A DNA stretch of 20,019 bases. It comes from a virus. Shown here in pieces: positions 18,787-20,019 of this stretch. Under the pieces are notes generated by a model. The model had not been told where the DNA came from, did no database searches, and saw nothing but the letters and a program-made list of their open reading frames with translations. The stretch lies in UHGV virus genome UHGV-0180141; one strand, given 5' to 3'. Positions within the stretch are counted from its first letter, which is position 1. The number at the start of each line of letters is the position of its first letter. Position numbers and translations under genes: made by a program.

Positions 18787-20019
18787 ATGACAGACATTAC
18801 AGCTAATGTGATTGTATCGATGCCTTCGCAACTCTTCACTATGGCGCGTTCTTTTAAAGCCGTAGCCAATGGCAAAATTTATATCGGTAAAATTGATACT
18901 GACCCGGTAAATCCTGAAAACCAGATTCCGGTTTATGTAGAGAACGAAGACGGTTCTCACGTTCCTGTTTCTCAACCAATCATTATTAACGCTGCTGGTT
19001 ACCCGGTATATAACGGACAGATTGCCAAGTTCGTTACTGTACAGGGCCATTCTATGGCTGTTTACGATGCGTATGGGGCACAGCAGTTTTATTTTCCAAA
19101 TGTGCTGAAGTATGATCCGGATCAGCTAAGACATGAGCTAGCGTCGGAAGCGGGAACAACTTTAATAGGGAAGGGTGATCGAACTCTTGAAGAGTACTTA
19201 GAATCAAGCAAGGAAGATTTTGATAACTCATGGAAGAGATATGTAGGTAAATCTACAACGACACAAAAAGATAGCGCATACTCTGGAGCAGCTCACTACC
19301 AACCAGTTAGCGATGATGGGAGCACAATTGGTAATTATACATTTGAATCACCGGTGATTGTTGACTTCTCATCTACATCAGATTGTGTTATGCCAGATTC
19401 TGGTGTCGTTTTCAAAATGGGAGCTAATGGACTTACAAGTGGTAATTATTTTTCTCAAGATAATTACCACTTAAAAAATGTAACGGCAATTGGCGGTACC
19501 CCTGAAATTGTTACATTTGAACCATACACAGGATTGACAGCACTAGTAGATGGTGTTCGTATTATAAATAATGGCTCTCCAGACAAGACCGCTATTAATT
19601 TTAAAGGACAGAACTGGTGGCCTACAGTATCTAATAATATATTTAAAGATTATACAGATAAAAGAGGAAATTTTTGCAAGGCAATAGATGACGGAGGAGA
19701 TTCATCTATAAGAAGGAGTGGGAATAGTAGATTGCTTTTCACTGGAAATAAAGTCTACTTTGGTGGGGATGCTCTTGGTGGTACGATGTTGAAAGCCAGC
19801 GCTGTCTTTAATATTATAAAAGATAATGCCTGTGAACACGGAGAGAACGCGATTGTGTTTGAGTACCCATCATCATTCTCAGTTATCGACGGACTTTACA
19901 CAGAATGTTCTTTTGGTGGTGGTAATCAGATAGTAATTGGTGACAAAGAACCTGATCCTAATATTGCAACAATGAATATGATTGGAATAACTATTAAGAA
20001 TGTTTATTTCAATAATCAT
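18787..20019 (+). CDS. tailspike protein (P22 gp9-like head-binding domain plus divergent receptor-binding domain), 3'-truncated by window end
   Basis: N-terminus [50 protein letters not shown]...VLKYDPDQ closely matches the P22 tailspike N-terminal domain as recalled; after about residue 110 the sequence is unrelated and AT-rich; GGAG RBS upstream; no stop before the window end. Confidence 0.9.
   Translation, partial: MTDITANVIVSMPSQLFTMARSFKAVANGKIYIGKIDTDPVNPENQIPVYVENEDGSHVPVSQPIIINAAGYPVYNGQIAKFVTVQGHSMAVYDAYGAQQFYFPNVLKYDPDQLRHELASEAGTTLIGKGDRTLEEYLESSKEDFDNSWKRYVGKSTTTQKDSAYSGAAHYQPVSDDGSTIGNYTFESPVIVDFSSTSDCVMPDSGVVFKMGANGLTSGNYFSQDNYHLKNVTAIGGTPEIVTFEPYTGLTALVDGVRIINNGSPDKTAINFKGQNWWPTVSNNIFKDYTDKRGNFCKAIDDGGDSSIRRSGNSRLLFTGNKVYFGGDALGGTMLKASAVFNIIKDNACEHGENAIVFEYPSSFSVIDGLYTECSFGGGNQIVIGDKEPDPNIATMNMIGITIKNVYFNNH

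Noticed and set aside
1-20019. Search for tRNA, rRNA, integrase or attachment sites
   Set aside because: No cloverleaf-like tRNA candidates, rRNA-like sequence or tyrosine/serine recombinase motifs were recognised; the window appears to contain only late, accessory and immI genes.

Overview
This window reads as the virion-assembly (late) region of a P22-like short-tailed phage or prophage of an enterobacterial host, followed by an immI-type antirepressor region and the start of the tailspike gene. All family assignments rest on reading the translated ORFs, gene order and my recollection of P22/Sf6 proteins; no database search was run. The plus strand carries a near-contiguous, often translationally coupled gene string: two small unknown ORFs, small and large terminase, portal, scaffold, coat, a small ORF, gp4/gp10/gp26 tail-completion proteins, gp14, and three ejection proteins (gp7-, gp20-, gp16-like). 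Features that depart from the canonical layout and deserve attention: (1) an AT-rich, antisense HNH-AP2 homing-endonuclease gene wedged exactly between scaffold and coat; (2) a gp16-like ejection protein extended to 911 aa by an N-terminal lytic-transglycosylase domain; (3) a ~1.3 kb accessory cassette between gene 16 and mnt encoding a lipoprotein, a divergently transcribed small HExxH (ImmA/IrrE-like) putative metallopeptidase and a small Gly/Lys-rich protein, the best candidate here for an undescribed exclusion/defence or anti-repression module; (4) a C-terminal mnt remnant left beside gene 16, marking a recombination junction; (5) an mnt-arc-ant unit with 18-bp direct-repeat operators; (6) a tailspike with a conserved head-binding domain fused to an AT-rich, unrelated receptor-binding domain. 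No rRNA, tRNA, CRISPR array or integrase was seen.
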